A DNA stretch of 64,000 nucleotides from NCBI GenBank assembly GCA_964036045.1, contig OZ038379.1, forward strand, positions 19,220,001 through 19,284,000. The letters are read 5' to 3'. Made by a program: the position numbers and the translations under genes. The notes under the pieces are model-generated. The model had not been told where the DNA came from. It did no database searches and saw nothing but the letters and a program-made list of their open reading frames with translations. This stretch comes from Eutreptiella sp. 'Long Island Sound 2002' (taxonomy: Eukaryota > Protista > Euglenida). This document shows positions 62,170 to 64,000 of this stretch, in pieces (the stretch's first letter is position 1; every line of letters starts with the position of its first letter).

Positions 62170-62490
62170 GGCCGCCGGAAAAGTGGCCCAAGCTTCCGCC
62201 CGCATGGATATACGGTTGGGCAATTCGTGTATTCTCGATGGCGCGTCCACCGGATCACTGTTTGAGGGCGCCCAGCTCAGGAAAACCTGTATCCTAGTTC
62301 TCCTCACGCGGTGGGCAAGTATTTGCAGGAGTCGTGCACGGCAGAGGATTCCAACAGCCCATGTCATACGAATTGCTGACCAAATGGCTGCTAAGTTGTC
62401 AGCAGCGAATTAGACGGCCTTCAGCCCCATGTGCGACGCTAGTTTGACCCCTTGATGAGGGCCCACATTTCTGCCGCTTGCTGACTGTCA
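62170..62490 (-). mobile_element. DIRS-type RNase H fragment
   Basis: QQAAEMWALIKG/..HMGLKAV*FAADNLAAIWSA..RLLQILAHRVRRTRIQVFLSWAPSNSDPVDAPSR, matching the DIRS RNase H motifs AEL.AL / DN.a / W.PS..N..DxxSR. Confidence 0.6.
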
Positions 62491-64000
62491 CTACCACCAC
62501 CAACAAAGTTTCCACAAGACCTATCCCGGTTGCTGCTACCACAATTGCTTCCACCATCAGCACCACCACTGCCACCGTGAACACTAGCCAAGGAGTTGCT
62601 AGTACACGGGCATGGCGGAAAGGAAGGAGGCCGCATGACCTGTCCTGGAGCCACCGAAGAGTAGTGTCCACGGTTCACGGACCATCTTCATTTAGGCTGG
62701 AGCAGTGGCAAAGTGTGATGGCCGGACCATGTGCATGGGAATATTCGCCTCATGGGGTGAATATAGTAGCACCCCACTGACTGCATCAAAAAGAACGTTG
62801 ATGGGGCGGCCCAGCATGTGCACCAAGAGCCTTAGCTCAACATCTCCTCCATACTTGCCAAGAGGGTCAATGTTGTGTTTCACATATTGGACCAGATCCG
62901 GTGCATCGTGACCTTCTGTTGCAAAGACAACGCCCCCAAACAAATGCAAGTTGTCGATCGCAAACGACGCCAAGTCCTCTCGGAGCTCCTTGGCACCCTC
63001 CTTGTACTGTTCCTCCAACCCATAGTAAGTCCACCTTGTGCCCACACTTGCATCTTGACTATGTGTTCAACTGTCAACTTGTCATAGTGGACCGGCAGTG
63101 AACGACAACAATGCTGCTACACAATTCATATCTACTTCTATAGACTCACCTGTAGTGTGGTGTGAGGGAACACAATTTGAGTGAGAGGAGCACCCCTCAT
63201 CAGACTTCGAGCTTTACAATGCTGGATATAGAAAGCCTCTAAGTATACATTATAGATCATCACCATTGCAACCTGCAATGAATTTTCGCCAAGACTGCAA
63301 GAAATGTCGCCTTTCTAATCCCAAGAACAAACACACAAATACCGGGACTTTCGAAATCCAGAGAATGCATCAATCTTGCCTAATCCCCCACTTCTTGCAT
63401 CCTCCTCGGGCGCTATCGCTTGATGGTCCCCACTACTCACAACTACCCTGGAGGACACAAGCCAAATGAGTCTCTAAAACCAATTCATCCATGTGATCTG
63501 TACAACACATGATATGGATGCATTGATAATGAGATTTCCGGTTGGCCCATATTAGAGAATATTTTCCAAGCCCCCTTTCGCGTGCAAGATTGAAGAGCTG
63601 TATTGTTGCCCCTCCTCCCAAGGTGATTGTATTTTTTTTTCTTCCGAAGAAGTCCAAGAGTTGAAACTTACAAAATTCATCCAATACCTCTCTTCCCACG
63701 TTGTGTTTCGGTTTGGAATCCCTGTATGCAGTCGCTGTCTTTTAACAAGTGCTTGCATTTTGCTGTGCGGCGCATGATCATCGAAGCGGTGAGTAATCCT
63801 CCACATGTCGTTAGCCAGCCGCATAACACCTCCAATACTACCACACCGGGTCTTGCCAACACCACTGTCACTACCACCAGCAACAGAGCTTCCACAACAA
63901 CTATCCCGGTTGCTGATGCCACAATTGCATCTACCATCAGCACCACCACTGCCACCGTGAACACTAGCCAAGGAGTTGCTAGTACACGGGCATGGCGGAA

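Larger units (their letters stand above)
59448..64000 (-). repeat. Tandem array of ~1.39-kb units encoding an OTU-like cysteine-protease C-terminal half plus a Gly/Ser linker; unit 2 interrupted; array continues past the window edge
   Basis: Homologous blocks at ~59520/60915/63595 and ~59800/62490/63870. Translation: ELREDLASFAIDN...LGKYGGDVELRLLVHMLGRPINV...LCH...GHYSSV (OTU GG.xEL..L...l.r.I.V and HY motifs). No intact DGNC motif was seen. Confidence 0.7.

Overview
Repeat-rich eukaryotic nuclear DNA with canonical GT-AG introns. It is probably a euglenozoan or euglenid protist; this is inferred from co-oriented genes, splice acceptors just upstream of ATGs, GTGY-type donors and TTAGGG-like hexamers. 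Five protein genes can be supported, all on the minus strand: (1) a multi-exon coiled-coil protein (core exons 3624-9016); (2) an intronless SAM-domain/Gln-rich protein (13484-16165); (3) an intronless secreted or membrane-anchored SGNH/PC-esterase-like protein (20660-21787); (4) a 3-exon HAD-IIA phosphoglycolate/pyridoxal-phosphate-type phosphatase (37850-46520); (5) a 3-exon Rh-family ammonium/gas channel whose last exon splices in frame onto a helical linker plus an EF-hand pair (52419-55523). The Rh-EF-hand fusion is the standout candidate for an undescribed system, a possibly Ca2+-regulated Rh channel. The rest of the window is nested mobile DNA: TA-flanked G/C-tract MITEs, non-LTR relics (APE endonuclease, RT, RNase H, C-terminal region), DIRS-like relics (N6-adenine MTase motif, RNase H), tRNA-like A/B-box heads, micro- and minisatellites, and a ~1.39-kb tandem array encoding an OTU-like protease half-domain at the right edge. 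All family assignments come from motif recognition by eye; no database searches were run.
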